Origin: Macrostomum lignano | Taxonomy: Eukaryota | Direction of reading: 5' to 3' | Assembly (NCBI GenBank): GCA_002269645.1 | Contig: NIVC01000038.1 | Span: forward strand, 992,001-1,056,000 | DNA length: 64,000 nucleotides | In this document: in pieces, positions 23,740 through 36,427 of the stretch | Layout: every line of letters starts with the position of its first letter | Position numbering within the stretch: the first letter of the stretch is position 1 | Notes under the pieces: model-generated | What the model saw: only the letters and a program-made list of their open reading frames with translations | What the model was told of the DNA's origin: nothing | Database searches by the model: none | Program-made: the position numbers and the translations under genes

Positions 23740-25805
23740 TTGGAGACTGACTTGGACGAAGATTCGGAGGCCACCGCTCCAGCAGCCCTCCCAGTCGAGC
23801 ATCACTGCTCAGATCTCGGTCGAAAATTTACTGCTGAGGAGTCCCGCTGCTCTCCCTTGAGCCGACAGACTCAGCAGGTCGAGCCGTCTCGTTGCTCTTC
23901 CATGAGCCTGCAGCCGACCACCCATTATCAACGCGTGGACGATACGTCTTGCGCCATGAAGCGCCTTCGTCCTACGCCGAAAACGAGGCGTTCCTATGCA
24001 GAGGTGACGAAGTCTGCATACGAGGAAGACAGAGTACGTACAGCTAAAGCATCTCCCCAGCTCGCAACTTCTCAAAGTCTGCCGCGCTGCCGAGCATTGC
24101 TCACGGATCATCTGAAGCCGCCATTGCCGCGCGACAAGCTCATCAAAGCTCAAGAGGATGACCCAGCTATTGGCTACGTTTACAAGTTGATCAAGGAGAA
24201 TCAACCGAAACCAGCGTTTGACGATCGATTACGACTTAGCAGAGAGCAACGGAATCTGCTAGGATACTACGAGTTACTATTCCTCGAACGAGATCTACTC
24301 ATGATCAACATGACGGAAAAAGACACTCCACCGAATATTGTCTTACCGGAAGCACTCGACGACGAAGTTTTTAACGAGCTCCACAATTCGCCTTTGGCAG
24401 GACACCAAGGACAGCGGAAGACCGCCCAACGTGTGCGCGAAAGATTCTGGCGAACAGGTCTAGTCCGAGCCATTGAGACCTACGTCAGCAAATGCCGAAC
24501 CTGCCTAGAGAGCAAGTCACGACGAAAACAGCAAGTGCCAGTGCAGAGTTTTCCAGTCTGCGAAGTTTTTGGAAGACTTCACATGGATGTGATCGGACCG
24601 ATTGCGCAACCGTCTAAAGGAGGTCATCGGTACATCCTGACACTCTGCTGTGCGACATCAAAGTTTCCGATAGCTTATCCGATGAGAAATCAGAAAGCTA
24701 AAACCGTTATCCGATTACTACAGGACCGATTTATTCCAGAATACGGAGTTCCAGCTTGGATTCACACGGACCAAGGCACGAACTTTACAGGAAACGCCTT
24801 CAAGAAGTTCTGCGATCTCTACGCGATCAGGCACACGACAACGACGCCGTACAATCCAGCATCCAATGAACCGGTAGAAAATTTGAACAACCAGATCAAG
24901 AGCATTCTGACATGTCTCCTCGAGCACGATCACCGCGATTGGGACACATTTCTGCCAGCGTGCATGATTGCTCTCCGATCCAGCGTTCATCTTCATTCAA
25001 GCTACAGCCGGGAAATCTCGTCTTCTTGAACAACCCGGTCGACACGACACAACACGAAGACGAAGCAGCAAAATTTCACAGGCCAAGGAGATCGTTGTAT
25101 GAAGTGGTGGAAAGCAAAGGAGAAGTCGTCTACAAGATTCGACGGAAGGTTCGACACCCTCGAGAACGACCGGACGAGATGGTAGTTCATCGCCGGAACC
25201 TCTTCCTTGTGCCCACTTCAGATTATCCAATTGCAGATCTCGAAGGGCCAGCTGAACCGAAGCAGCAACGCCGAGTTCGACAGGTTGACGCCGGAGCTGC
25301 GACACTCCCCGCCATCTCTGAAGACTCTGACGAAGAAGAAGACGACCTGGACACGAAACCCGCCTATCACTGGCGACTCCGATCAGCCGCTCAGCCAAGC
25401 GCGCGTCCAAATGAAGTCCGCATCCACGAACCTGAAGTTATGGAGAATGGAGTTGAGCTTGAGTCACTGCCGTATGATTCTTGCGACGCTCCATCCGCTC
25501 CTAAAGTTGAACCGCAGAGGCGACCTGAAATTAGAAATAGCGATAGGATTAACTTAGACTCTGATAGGAATAATCAATGTAATAGTCATGTTATGTCGGC
25601 CAATTTGCCAAATAATAGTCATGTTTTGTCGGCCAATTTGCCATCAACTAGTCAAGTTGAATGGGCCGTCAATGACAGGCCAGTTAGGGCTCGAAAGGAA
25701 CCTGACCGCTTGGTTCTAAAACCAAAGTCAAAGTCCTACTTGAGCCGTTTAAGTAACTTTTTCCGCCGGCCTCGTGCCTGTTCCAGCGCTGAAAAGCACA
25801 ACTAA
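23740..25805 (+). pseudogene. pol: Gypsy pol 3' part (HHCC-DDE integrase and tail), internal deletion near 24990
   Basis: HNSPLAGHQG...CRTC zinc finger; LHMDVIG, HTDQGTNF, NPASNEPVE. The TGYSP...GRE segment present in the sister copies is missing and the frame shifts into 24912..25805. Confidence 0.85.
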
Positions 25806-25807
25806 TA

Positions 25808-28800
25808 ATGCCCGGCAAAGAAAACAGGAAGCGGCGAGATCGCGAGCCGTCCCGGACGCCCTCGCCGGCCAGCGGGCGCAAGCGCACCCAGCCTGCCCTG
25901 CCACATCGTCGAACGAGAGTCATGCCGACGCCGGTCCAGGACCCGACGCGCAGGCGCCGTAGTCGCTGGGATGAACAGCGCCGGCAGGAACCACGGATCG
26001 AGGTGCGCCGGCAGGAACCACGGATCGAGGTGCGCCGGCTCGCTCCGCTGCAGCCCTTGCCACTCGATGATCGTCTCGCTGTCGCTAAGGAGCGGGCGGA
26101 GGCCATTCGCCGTCGATTGAATCCGGCCCAGGCTATCCCATCTGACGCATGCCCACTAGCCACTGCCAAATCTCAAGGTGTAGCTATTAAGAAAGCCTTG
26201 TTAAGTTATAATGAATCGGCGTTTATTGAGTTTTGATAAAGATAGCAAAAAAGGGGTTAACATGTAATTTAGCACTGGCGTAGCTCAAACAAAACTTAGT
26301 GGTACAGGTAAGGGAGTCGAAGACCATAGATATAATTAAAAAGTATGTTATAGAAAATTCTAGAAGGAAAACTTGGATTCACTTACTATAAATATAAAGT
26401 TGACTATTTTAAGATAAACGATTACTTATAACATCTTTAACACTCCCACTTAATGTTTAGCTTAAAAACTAATGCATACTGGTACAAACAGTTCATATTG
26501 TGTCTTGAATATCAAAGTTAGATAAAGAGTTAGCAGTTATTAGCGAACAGGAATCAGTTCCTTGAGCACTTGAAACTTGGCATTAGACAGTGCTTTAGTA
26601 AGAATGTCAGCGATCATCTCCTCTGACGGACAGTAAATTAGCTTTAAAGTTCCACCGACCAACTTCTCACGCACGAAATGGTGACGGATATCAATGTGCT
26701 TAGAACGACTGTGGAAGACAGGATTCCTAGCTAGAGCAATACAGCCTTGATTGTTTTCTAGGATAGTAACGCATTTGAGACTTTCTACGCGAAGATCTAG
26801 TAGTAATTGTTGTAACCATGTGGCTTCTTGGGTAGCAGCTGAGAGTGCCATGTACTCGGCCTCCGTCGTCGATAGGGCTACAGTTTGTTGCTTCTTGCTA
26901 CTCCAGCTAATCGGACATTCAGCCAACTTGAAGATGTACCCGGTTGTAGAACGTCGGTCATTGTGATCTCCAGCCCAGTCTGCATCGGAATATCCAATTA
27001 GATCGATTGCACGCGAGTCCTGAAAAACCAATCCGGATGAAATGGTTCCCTTTAGATATCTCAGGACACGCTTCACGCCACTCCAATGCTGTTCAGTTGG
27101 GTCTGAGCAATATCGCGCGAGAACTCCCACTGCAGATGACACATCTGGTCGTGTAGCTAGTGCTGCATAGTTTAGACTTCCTACTGCCGCCTGATACATA
27201 GTCTTGTCCACCTTAGCATCACAGGTCTGTGCAGTGTAGAACTTGACACTTGTGTCCATTGGTGTTGATACCGGTTTGCAGTCCATCATGTTGAATTTAG
27301 AAAGGATGGTATTTAGATACCGCTCTTGGTTTAGAAACAATGAACCATTCTTCCAGGTAGCTTGAATTCCAAGAAAATAGTGAAATTCGCCTAGATCCTT
27401 CATTTTAAATTTAGATTGCAGTTCTTGCTTCAGCACGGGCATGTATTCGTCAGATGCTGTTAATAGAATGTCGTCCACATACACACCGATCGCAGATTGA
27501 GAGTTAGCATAGATACACGGTTCTGACTTTGCCTGCACTAGGTTAAGACTTAAAAGTTCATCATGTAGAGTTTGATTCCAACATCTAGGAGCCTGCTTGA
27601 GTCCATATAGACTTTTTTCTAGTTTGCATGCTAGTGTTTCCTTGCCTTGAACCACAAATCCTTCCGGTTGTTCCATGTAAATTTCTTCGTCTAGTTTGCC
27701 GTTTAAAAATGCTGTTACGACATCCATCTGGTGAATTTTCCAATCTCGTTGAATTCCAACAGCCAGTAGAGTTCTAATTGATGTAAATCGAGCTACTGGT
27801 GCATACGTCTCCTCATAATCTACTCCATACTCTTGAGAGTATCCTTTGACTACCAATCTTGCTTTGAATCTGTCTACTGAGTTGTCTGCCTTATACTTGA
27901 CACGAAATACCCACTTACAGCCAATAGTTTGACGTCCTTTTGGTAGCTCAACCAGTTTCCATGTCCTGTTCTCCATCAGTGACTCGTACTCGGCGTTCGC
28001 AGCCTCTTGCCAGTCTTTTGAGAATGAGCTGTCCAATGCTTGCTGTAGAGTTTTCGGTTCGTCAATTTGTGTTGCAACGGATGCCATGTACCTGTCAACG
28101 GGCTTCTTCTCTCGAGTTGATCTCCGAACTTCTTGCTTGTCGACAGTTTCAGGAACACATTTGAAATCAGACGATGCTGGTTCGGTACCTGCATTCAGTT
28201 GAAGTGTCTCCTGCTTCTCCACTAATTGCTTCACGAAGCACGACTCTTGGAACGTTACATCGCGACTGACGAAAACTGATCGTGTTTGGAAATCAAAACA
28301 ACGATATCCTTTTGAGGTTTCCGAGTATCCAATAAACCTGACTTCCCGAGCTTTTGAGTCAAACTTGTGACGTTTCTCAGCTGGGACATGCGCGTAGGCA
28401 ACGCATCCAAATATTCGCAAATGCTGAACACTCGGCTTGCTGCCGGTCCAAATTTGATATGGTGTCGCTTTGTTGACTGCACTCGTTATTGATCGATTAC
28501 GCAGATATGCTGCCGTAGAGATTGCTTCTGCCCAGAATTCCTTGCCAATATGAGCATGTGCAATCATTGTTCGTGCTGCCTCCACCAAGGTTCGGTTCAT
28601 TCTCTCGGCTACTCCGTTCTGTTCAGGAGACTGTGGGACAGTAGTCTGGTGAATGATTCCGTTTCGGGCACAAAATGCCTCAAATTCTCCTGATGTATAC
28701 TCTCCACCATTGTCAGTCCGAAGAATCTTGATAGACTTGTCTGTTTGATTCGTGACGAGAGCCTGAAAGATCTTGAATTTTTCTAAGACTTCTGACTTAC

Positions 28801-31800
28801 TTTTAATGAAGTAAACTGAGCAATAGCGCGAATAGTCGTCAATAAATGTGACAAAATACTTTGATCCTCCAATTGACGTAGTTTGCATGGGACCGCACAC
28901 GTCACTGTGAATTAGACCCAATAGTTCAGTTGACCTTGACGCTTCACCCTTGGCAAATGGCGTTCGATGTAGCTTTCCTTCCACACATGCTGTGCAGAAA
29001 CTGATGCCTTCAGTTTTTACGTCATCCTTGCTAAGCTCAATTCCGTCCACTTGCTTTCCATTAATTAGAGATTTCAGGTCTTGCTCACCTAGGTGTCCAT
29101 AATGCTGATGCCATAGGTCGATGCTGTTGTTTCTCGCGACAGATGCAGTCTCGTTAGTTAGGTTAAAGCCTTTCAATTTGTACAGTCTGCCAACTTTCAA
29201 AGCTTCTCCAACAATCTTACCAGTTACGCTCAAAATCTGACACTTGTCGTCGCTGAATTGTACACTGAAGCCTTTTCTTGTAACTGCTGATACTGAGAAC
29301 AAATTCTGTTCCATAAGTGGTACATATAGAACGTCGCTCAGCTCGCACAATTTCTTACCAGAACCAGTATTGATATACAACCGAACGGTTCCCTTTCCAG
29401 TGGCTTCGAGCTTATGTCTATCTGCTAGCGAAATGTTCTCCAGTACCGAAAAATCTTCAAATTTCTCAAAATTTGTCCGATCATTAGTCATATGATTCGT
29501 TGCGCCTCTGTCCACAATCCATGTACTAGACTCGTTAGCTGTCGATGATGTGCCCATAGACAACGCCGGAAATGCAGAATCTTCCTCATCTGAAGCTGAA
29601 AAGTCCTTTAAGCCTTTTGCTGGGGCGTCTGCAATCCTCGCCTGATGCCTTCTGTTAGATTTCTTCAAATCCTGTGCACGTGGTCTTGAATTTGTGCTCG
29701 ATCCACCTGTCACAGAGAGGCTATTCTTGAATTTGTAACAGTGCTTCTTTAGGTGACCAGGCTTATTGCAGAAAAACATACTTTTGGTCTGACACTCTGG
29801 TGCTGTTGCTTGTTGAATCCAACCAGAGCCTTTGAATTGCTGCTAGGTTCACAGCTTTCCTGTTCAAGTCGTTTTGACTCCTCGTGCAAAAGCCGCTCGA
29901 GTACGAAATTCATCGTCAAGTCGTCCGCTCGCGATTCCAGGGCAGTAATCAACCCGTCATATGACTTCGGCAAACTGTTTAACAAAATCGTGACTTGATA
30001 GTCCTCGGGAACACCTGCTCCGATAGCCGACAGTCGTTTGACCATATCCTTGAACTGATTAACATGCTCCTGCATGGATGCACCTTCCACCATCTTGAGC
30101 GCTTGTAGTTTCCGATTAAGAAACAATTTATTTGCCAGCGAACTCCGCTCGAAATATGCTTGAAGCTTATCCCACGCTTCCTTTGGAGTTACTGCATCCT
30201 CAATTAGATGAATTTGACTATCCGCAACAGCCAATACGATAGTCGCTAGGGCTTTGTTCGCACGCCGCTTGAACTGAACTTTGACCTCGTTGGTCGCGTC
30301 CTCAGCAAGTGTCTCTGTACCATCAACAACTTCCCAAAGTTCTCGCTCCATCAGGACGTTCTTCATCTTGAACTTCCAGACAGTGTAGTTGGAACTATCC
30401 AACTTCTCAACCAGTAGTTTGGCATCGAAAGACATCGTGTCGATCCACCAGCACAACTGGACTGCTGAGCTTGAACTTTCTAAGAGACGGTAGAGCCTGA
30501 CAATCACGCCGACTGACGCACTGCCACTGAAGCAGCTTTATTGTTCACACTGCAGTAGATCACAGTGGAGGGGCGCAGGGCCCATAACCTATTAAGAAAG
30601 CCTTGTTAAGTTATAATGATTCGGCGTTTATTGAGTTTTGAGAAAGACAGCAAAAAAGGGGTTAACATGTAATTTAGCACTGGCGTAGCTCAAACAAAAC
30701 TTAGTGGTACAGGTAAGGGAGTCGAAGACCATAGATATAATTAAGAAGTATGTTATAGAAAATTCTAGAAGGAAAACTTGGATTCACTTACTATAAATAT
30801 AAAGTTGACTATTTTAAGATAAACGATTACTTATAACATCTTTAACACTCCCACTTAATGTTTAGCTTAAAAACTAATGCATACTGGTACAAACAGTTCA
30901 TATTGTGTCTTGAATATCAAAGTTAGATAAAGAGTTAGCAGTTATTAGCGAACAGGAATCAGTTCCTTGAGCACTTGAAACTTGGCATTAGACAGTGCTT
31001 TAGTAAGAATGTCAGCGATCATCTCCTCTGACGGACAGTAAATTAGCTTTAAAGTTCCACCGACCAACTTCTCACGCACGAAATGGTGACGGATATCAAT
31101 GTGCTTAGAACGACTGTGGAAGACAGGATTCCTAGCTAGAGCAATACAGCCTTGATTGTTTTCTAGGATAGTAACGCATTTGAGACTTTCTACGCGAAGA
31201 TCTAGTAGTAATTGTTGTAACCATGTGGCTTCTTGGGTAGCAGCTGAGAGTGCCATGTACTCGGCCTCCGTCGTCGATAGGGCTACAGTTTGTTGCTTCT
31301 TGCTACTCCAGCTAATCGGACATTCAGCCAACTTGAAGATGTACCCGGTTGTAGAACGTCGGTCATTGTGATCTCCAGCCCAGTCTGCATCGGAATATCC
31401 AATTAGATCGATTGCACGCGAGTCCTGAAAAACCAATCCGGATGAAATGGTTCCCTTTAGATATCTCAGGACACGCTTCACGCCACTCCAATGCTGTTCA
31501 GTTGGGTCTGAGCAATATCGCGCGAGAACTCCCACTGCAGATGACACATCTGGTCGTGTAGCTAGTGCTGCATAGTTTAGACTTCCTACTGCCGCCTGAT
31601 ACATAGTCTTGTCCACCTTAGCATCACAGGTCTGTGCAGTGTAGAACTTGACACTTGTGTCCATTGGTGTTGATACCGGTTTGCAGTCCATCATGTTGAA
31701 TTTAGAAAGGATGGTATTTAGATACCGCTCTTGGTTTAGAAACAATGAACCATTCTTCCAGGTAGCTTGAATTCCAAGAAAATAGTGAAATTCGCCTAGA

Positions 31801-34800
31801 TCCTTCATTTTAAATTTAGATTGCAGTTCTTGCTTCAGCACGGGCATGTATTCGTCAGATGCTGTTAATAGAATGTCGTCCACATACACACCGATCGCAG
31901 ATTGAGAGTTAGCATAGATACACGGTTCTGACTTTGCCTGCACTAGGTTAAGACTTAAAAGTTCATCATGTAGAGTTTGATTCCAACATCTAGGAGCCTG
32001 CTTGAGTCCATATAGACTTTTTTCTAGTTTGCATGCTAGTGTTTCCTTGCCTTGAACCACAAATCCTTCCGGTTGTTCCATGTAAATTTCTTCGTCTAGT
32101 TTGCCGTTTAAAAATGCTGTTACGACATCCATCTGGTGAATTTTCCAATCTCGTTGAATTCCAACAGCCAGTAGAGTTCTAATTGATGTAAATCGAGCTA
32201 CTGGTGCATACGTCTCCTCATAATCTACTCCATACTCTTGAGAGTATCCTTTGACTACCAATCTTGCTTTGAATCTGTCTACTGAGTTGTCTGCCTTATA
32301 CTTGACACGAAATACCCACTTACAGCCAATAGTTTGACGTCCTTTTGGTAGCTCAACCAGTTTCCATGTCCTGTTCTCCATCAGTGACTCGTACTCGGCG
32401 TTCGCAGCCTCTTGCCAGTCTTTTGAGAATGAGCTGTCCAATGCTTGCTGTAGAGTTTTCGGTTCGTCAATTTGTGTTGCAACGGATGCCATGTACCTGT
32501 CAACGGGCTTCTTCTCTCGAGTTGATCTCCGAACTTCTTGCTTGTCGACAGTTTCAGGAACACATTTGAAATCAGACGATGCTGGTTCGGTACCTGCATT
32601 CAGTTGAAGTGTCTCCTGCTTCTCCACTAATTGCTTCACGAAGCACGACTCTTGGAACGTTACATCGCGACTGACGAAAACTGATCGTGTTTGGAAATCA
32701 AAACAACGATATCCTTTTGAGGTTTCCGAGTATCCAATAAACCTGACTTCCCGAGCTTTTGAGTCAAACTTGTGACGTTTCTCAGCTGGGACATGCGCGT
32801 AGGCAACGCATCCAAATATTCGCAAATGCTGAACACTCGGCTTGCTGCCGGTCCAAATTTGATATGGTGTCGCTTTGTTGACTGCACTCGTTATTGATCG
32901 ATTACGCAGATATGCTGCCGTAGAGATTGCTTCTGCCCAGAATTCCTTGCCAATATGAGCATGTGCAATCATTGTTCGTGCTGCCTCCACCAAGGTTCGG
33001 TTCATTCTCTCGGCTACTCCGTTCTGTTCAGGAGACTGTGGGACAGTAGTCTGGTGAATGATTCCGTTTCGGGCACAAAATGCCTCAAATTCTCCTGATG
33101 TATACTCTCCACCATTGTCAGTCCGAAGAATCTTGATAGACTTGTCTGTTTGATTCGTGACGAGAGCCTGAAAGATCTTGAATTTTTCTAAGACTTCTGA
33201 CTTACTTTTAATGAAGTAAACTGAGCAATAGCGCGAATAGTCGTCAATAAATGTGACAAAATACTTTGATCCTCCAATTGACGTAGTTTGCATGGGACCG
33301 CACACGTCACTGTGAATTAGACCCAATAGTTCAGTTGACCTTGACGCTTCACCCTTGGCAAATGGCGTTCGATGTAGCTTTCCTTCCACACATGCTGTGC
33401 AGAAACTGATGCCTTCAGTTTTTACGTCATCCTTGCTAAGCTCAATTCCGTCCACTTGCTTTCCATTAATTAGAGATTTCAGGTCTTGCTCACCTAGGTG
33501 TCCATAATGCTGATGCCATAGGTCGATGCTGTTGTTTCTCGCGACAGATGCAGTCTCGTTAGTTAGGTTAAAGCCTTTCAATTTGTACAGTCTGCCAACT
33601 TTCAAAGCTTCTCCAACAATCTTACCAGTTACGCTCAAAATCTGACACTTGTCGTCGCTGAATTGTACACTGAAGCCTTTTCTTGTAACTGCTGATACTG
33701 AGAACAAATTCTGTTCCATAAGTGGTACATATAGAACGTCGCTCAGCTCGCACAATTTCTTACCAGAACCAGTATTGATATACAACCGAACGGTTCCCTT
33801 TCCAGTGGCTTCGAGCTTATGTCTATCTGCTAGCGAAATGTTCTCCAGTACCGAAAAATCTTCAAATTTCTCAAAATTTGTCCGATCATTAGTCATATGA
33901 TTCGTTGCGCCTCTGTCCACAATCCATGTACTAGACTCGTTAGCTGTCGATGATGTGCCCATAGACAACGCCGGAAATGCAGAATCTTCCTCATCTGAAG
34001 CTGAAAAGTCCTTTAAGCCTTTTGCTGGGGCGTCTGCAATCCTCGCCTGATGCCTTCTGTTAGATTTCTTCAAATCCTGTGCACGTGGTCTTGAATTTGT
34101 GCTCGATCCACCTGTCACAGAGAGGCTATTCTTGAATTTGTAACAGTGCTTCTTTAGGTGACCAGGCTTATTGCAGAAAAACATACTTTTGGTCTGACAC
34201 TCTGGTGCTGTTGCTTGTTGAATCCAACCAGAGCCTTTGAATTGCTGCTAGGTTCACAGCTTTCCTGTTCAAGTCGTTTTGACTCCTCGTGCAAAAGCCG
34301 CTCGAGTACGAAATTCATCGTCAAGTCGTCCGCTCGCGATTCCAGGGCAGTAATCAACCCGTCATATGACTTCGGCAAACTGTTTAACAAAATCGTGACT
34401 TGATAGTCCTCGGGAACACCTGCTCCGATAGCCGACAGTCGTTTGACCATATCCTTGAACTGATTAACATGCTCCTGCATGGATGCACCTTCCACCATCT
34501 TGAGCGCTTGTAGTTTCCGATTAAGAAACAATTTATTTGCCAGCGAACTCCGCTCGAAATATGCTTGAAGCTTATCCCACGCTTCCTTTGGAGTTACTGC
34601 ATCCTCAATTAGATGAATTTGACTATCCGCAACAGCCAATACGATAGTCGCTAGGGCTTTGTTCGCACGCCGCTTGAACTGAACTTTGACCTCGTTGGTC
34701 GCGTCCTCAGCAAGTGTCTCTGTACCATCAACAACTTCCCAAAGTTCTCGCTCCATCAGGACGTTCTTCATCTTGAACTTCCAGACAGTGTAGTTGGAAC

Positions 34801-35996
34801 TATCCAACTTCTCAACCAGTAGTTTGGCATCGAAAGACATCGTGTCGATCCACCAGCACAACTGGACTGCTGAGCTTGAACTTTCTAAGAGACGGTAGAG
34901 CCTGACAATCACGCCGACTGACGCACTGCCACTGAAGCAGCTTTATTGTTCACACTGCAGTAGATCACAGTGGAGGGGCGCAGGGCCCATAACCTATTAA
35001 GAAAGCCTTGTTAAGTTATAATGAATCGGCGTTTATTGAGTTTTGAGAAAGATAGCAAAAAAGGGGTTAACATGTAATTTAGCACTGGCGTAGCTCAAAC
35101 AAAACTTAGTGGTACAGGTAAGGGAGTCGAAGACCATAGATATAATTAAGAAGTATGTTATAGAAAATTCTAGAAGGAAAACTTGGATTCACTTACTATA
35201 AATATAAAGTTGACTATTTTAAGATAAACGATTACTTATAACATCTTTAACAGTAGCGCCAGGCCGACCTGACCAAAGCACGCCCATGCAGCAGCAATCG
35301 TGTGGGGCTCAAGTCAACCAGCCGCCTGACGGAGAACTGCTCAACCTGCTAGGCAGTCTGGGCAGCTCCCTACAGGAGGAACCCGGCGAGGACTTGTTGC
35401 CTCCAATCCAAGATCTGATGGGGGAGCAGGTCTCGCAGCTCGCGCAACCGCCGGCCCTACTCAATCCGAGGGAGGACGCTCTACGCACGCCGCCTCCTCC
35501 CGTTGCATCGCCGCCAGCGTTTCACCTGGGACTTCTTACGCCGCCGCCTCAGCCGGACGCGATTAACCTAGACGACATTCCGACGCCGCCTACGCCGCTG
35601 ACGCCTCGTTTCCGACACCCATCGCCTCCAAGGCTGTTCTCTCGCTCCGAGTTAGCCAGCGCAATTAGTGCGGCCTTTAAGGCCAGGCCGCAGCACGTCG
35701 ACGCAAGCACCCAGATCGATCATCGGACTAGTGTCAGCAAAGAGTCGATCGACCTCCTCACTGACCTGCTTGGGAAAGCTGGATCGAAGGGACAACTGAC
35801 CCGGAAGTGGCCGGTGAAGGTGCGCGACGATTTCCTGGCGGCTACCGTCGAAGCTCGGCGACAGGCCATCGCCGAAGTGGCCCGTCGCACCGTCGCTGCC
35901 CTACCGTCGCCGCCTCCGCATTCTACGAGCTACGTCTCTGGAACTGGCAATTTTAAAAATGTTGTTCTTCTTGGGCCACGCTGCCCAAGTCCCTGA
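25808..35996 (+). CDS. Extra ORF3 of the Gypsy element (25808-26184 joined to 35258-35996, about 371 aa), split by the copia insertion
   Basis: Removing 26185-35257 gives the in-frame junction SQGV-APGRPDQSTPMQQQ. Starts 2 nt after the pol-tail stop. Arg-rich N-terminus, Pro-rich middle, no hydrophobic stretch. Confidence 0.7.
26185..26442 (-). repeat. copia LTR A (3' LTR)
   Basis: TGTTAAAG...CTTAATA on the minus strand; PPT adjacent. Confidence 0.95.
26540..30435 (-). CDS. copia gag-pol copy 1 (frameshift at the knuckle; protease DSG changed to DRG)
   Basis: gag from ATG 30435 (KLDSSNYTVWKFKMK); CNKPGHLKKHC; WIVDRGAT; HSDVCGP, LRTDNGGEY, NGVAERMNR (IN); YVDDILL (RT); YSDADWAG (RH). Confidence 0.92.
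30590..30847 (-). repeat. copia LTR B (shared middle LTR)
   Basis: PPT on one side and PBS on the other. Confidence 0.95.
30945..34840 (-). CDS. copia gag-pol copy 2 (translation identical to copy 1)
   Basis: All ORF-track translations repeat exactly at +4405. Confidence 0.92.
34995..35252 (-). repeat. copia LTR C (5' LTR)
   Basis: Followed on the minus strand by PBS GGTTATGGGCCC, the Drosophila-copia-type half-tRNA-iMet primer site. Confidence 0.95.
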
Positions 35997-36427
35997 CGAA
36001 TTGAGCCACTTCGTACGGTATTAACAATTAGCAAAACTCCAGGACAGTTAAGTCAACCATTTATTCATCAAACACCATTAAATAAGTGAAACTTTAAATA
36101 ACATTTGTAATTCATATGCATCAAAAATAATAATCAAAAATATTCATCTCTCCAATCATACACTGCTCTAAAACAATCTGCAATTAATACTGTATGCAAT
36201 TCGTGTTGCCTTCGCCGTAGTACACCATCTATTTGACTGGCGCGCAATGTTTTTCCTTTCTTTTCTAGCCAACCTTTTGCCAATAAATAACTAATAATTC
36301 TGTGAGGCCTTGTTAGAGCCAAAGTGTTTTTGTTAAATAAATTGAATCATCGTTCCGCTGCTACAATTCTATTTGGACGGGGAGAGTGTAGTGACTGGCT
36401 GCTAACTGGCTATTCAGCAGCAGTAGT

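Larger units (their letters stand above)
26185..35252 (-). mobile_element. Ty1/copia tandem dimer: LTR-internal-LTR-internal-LTR, period 4405 bp
   Basis: Three 258-bp LTRs; one 5-bp TSD GTAGC (26180-26184, 35253-35257); PBS GGTTATGGGCCC; PPT AGTGGGAG; order gag-PR-IN-RT-RH. Confidence 0.95.
16310..36421 (+). mobile_element. Ty3/Gypsy LTR retrotransposon (defective; interrupted by RTE, copia tandem and Maverick)
   Basis: Identical 36-bp LTR start TGTAGTGACTGGCTGCTAACTGGCTATTCAGCAGCA at 16310 and 36387, the latter preceded by a purine tract GGACGGGGAGAG. Domain order gag-PR-RT-RH-IN. No PBS found, so the 5' leader appears deleted. Confidence 0.85.

Noticed and set aside
25808-35996. Retroviral-type env gene
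   Set aside because: No signal peptide, furin site plus TM anchor, or Cys pattern; the protein is hydrophilic.
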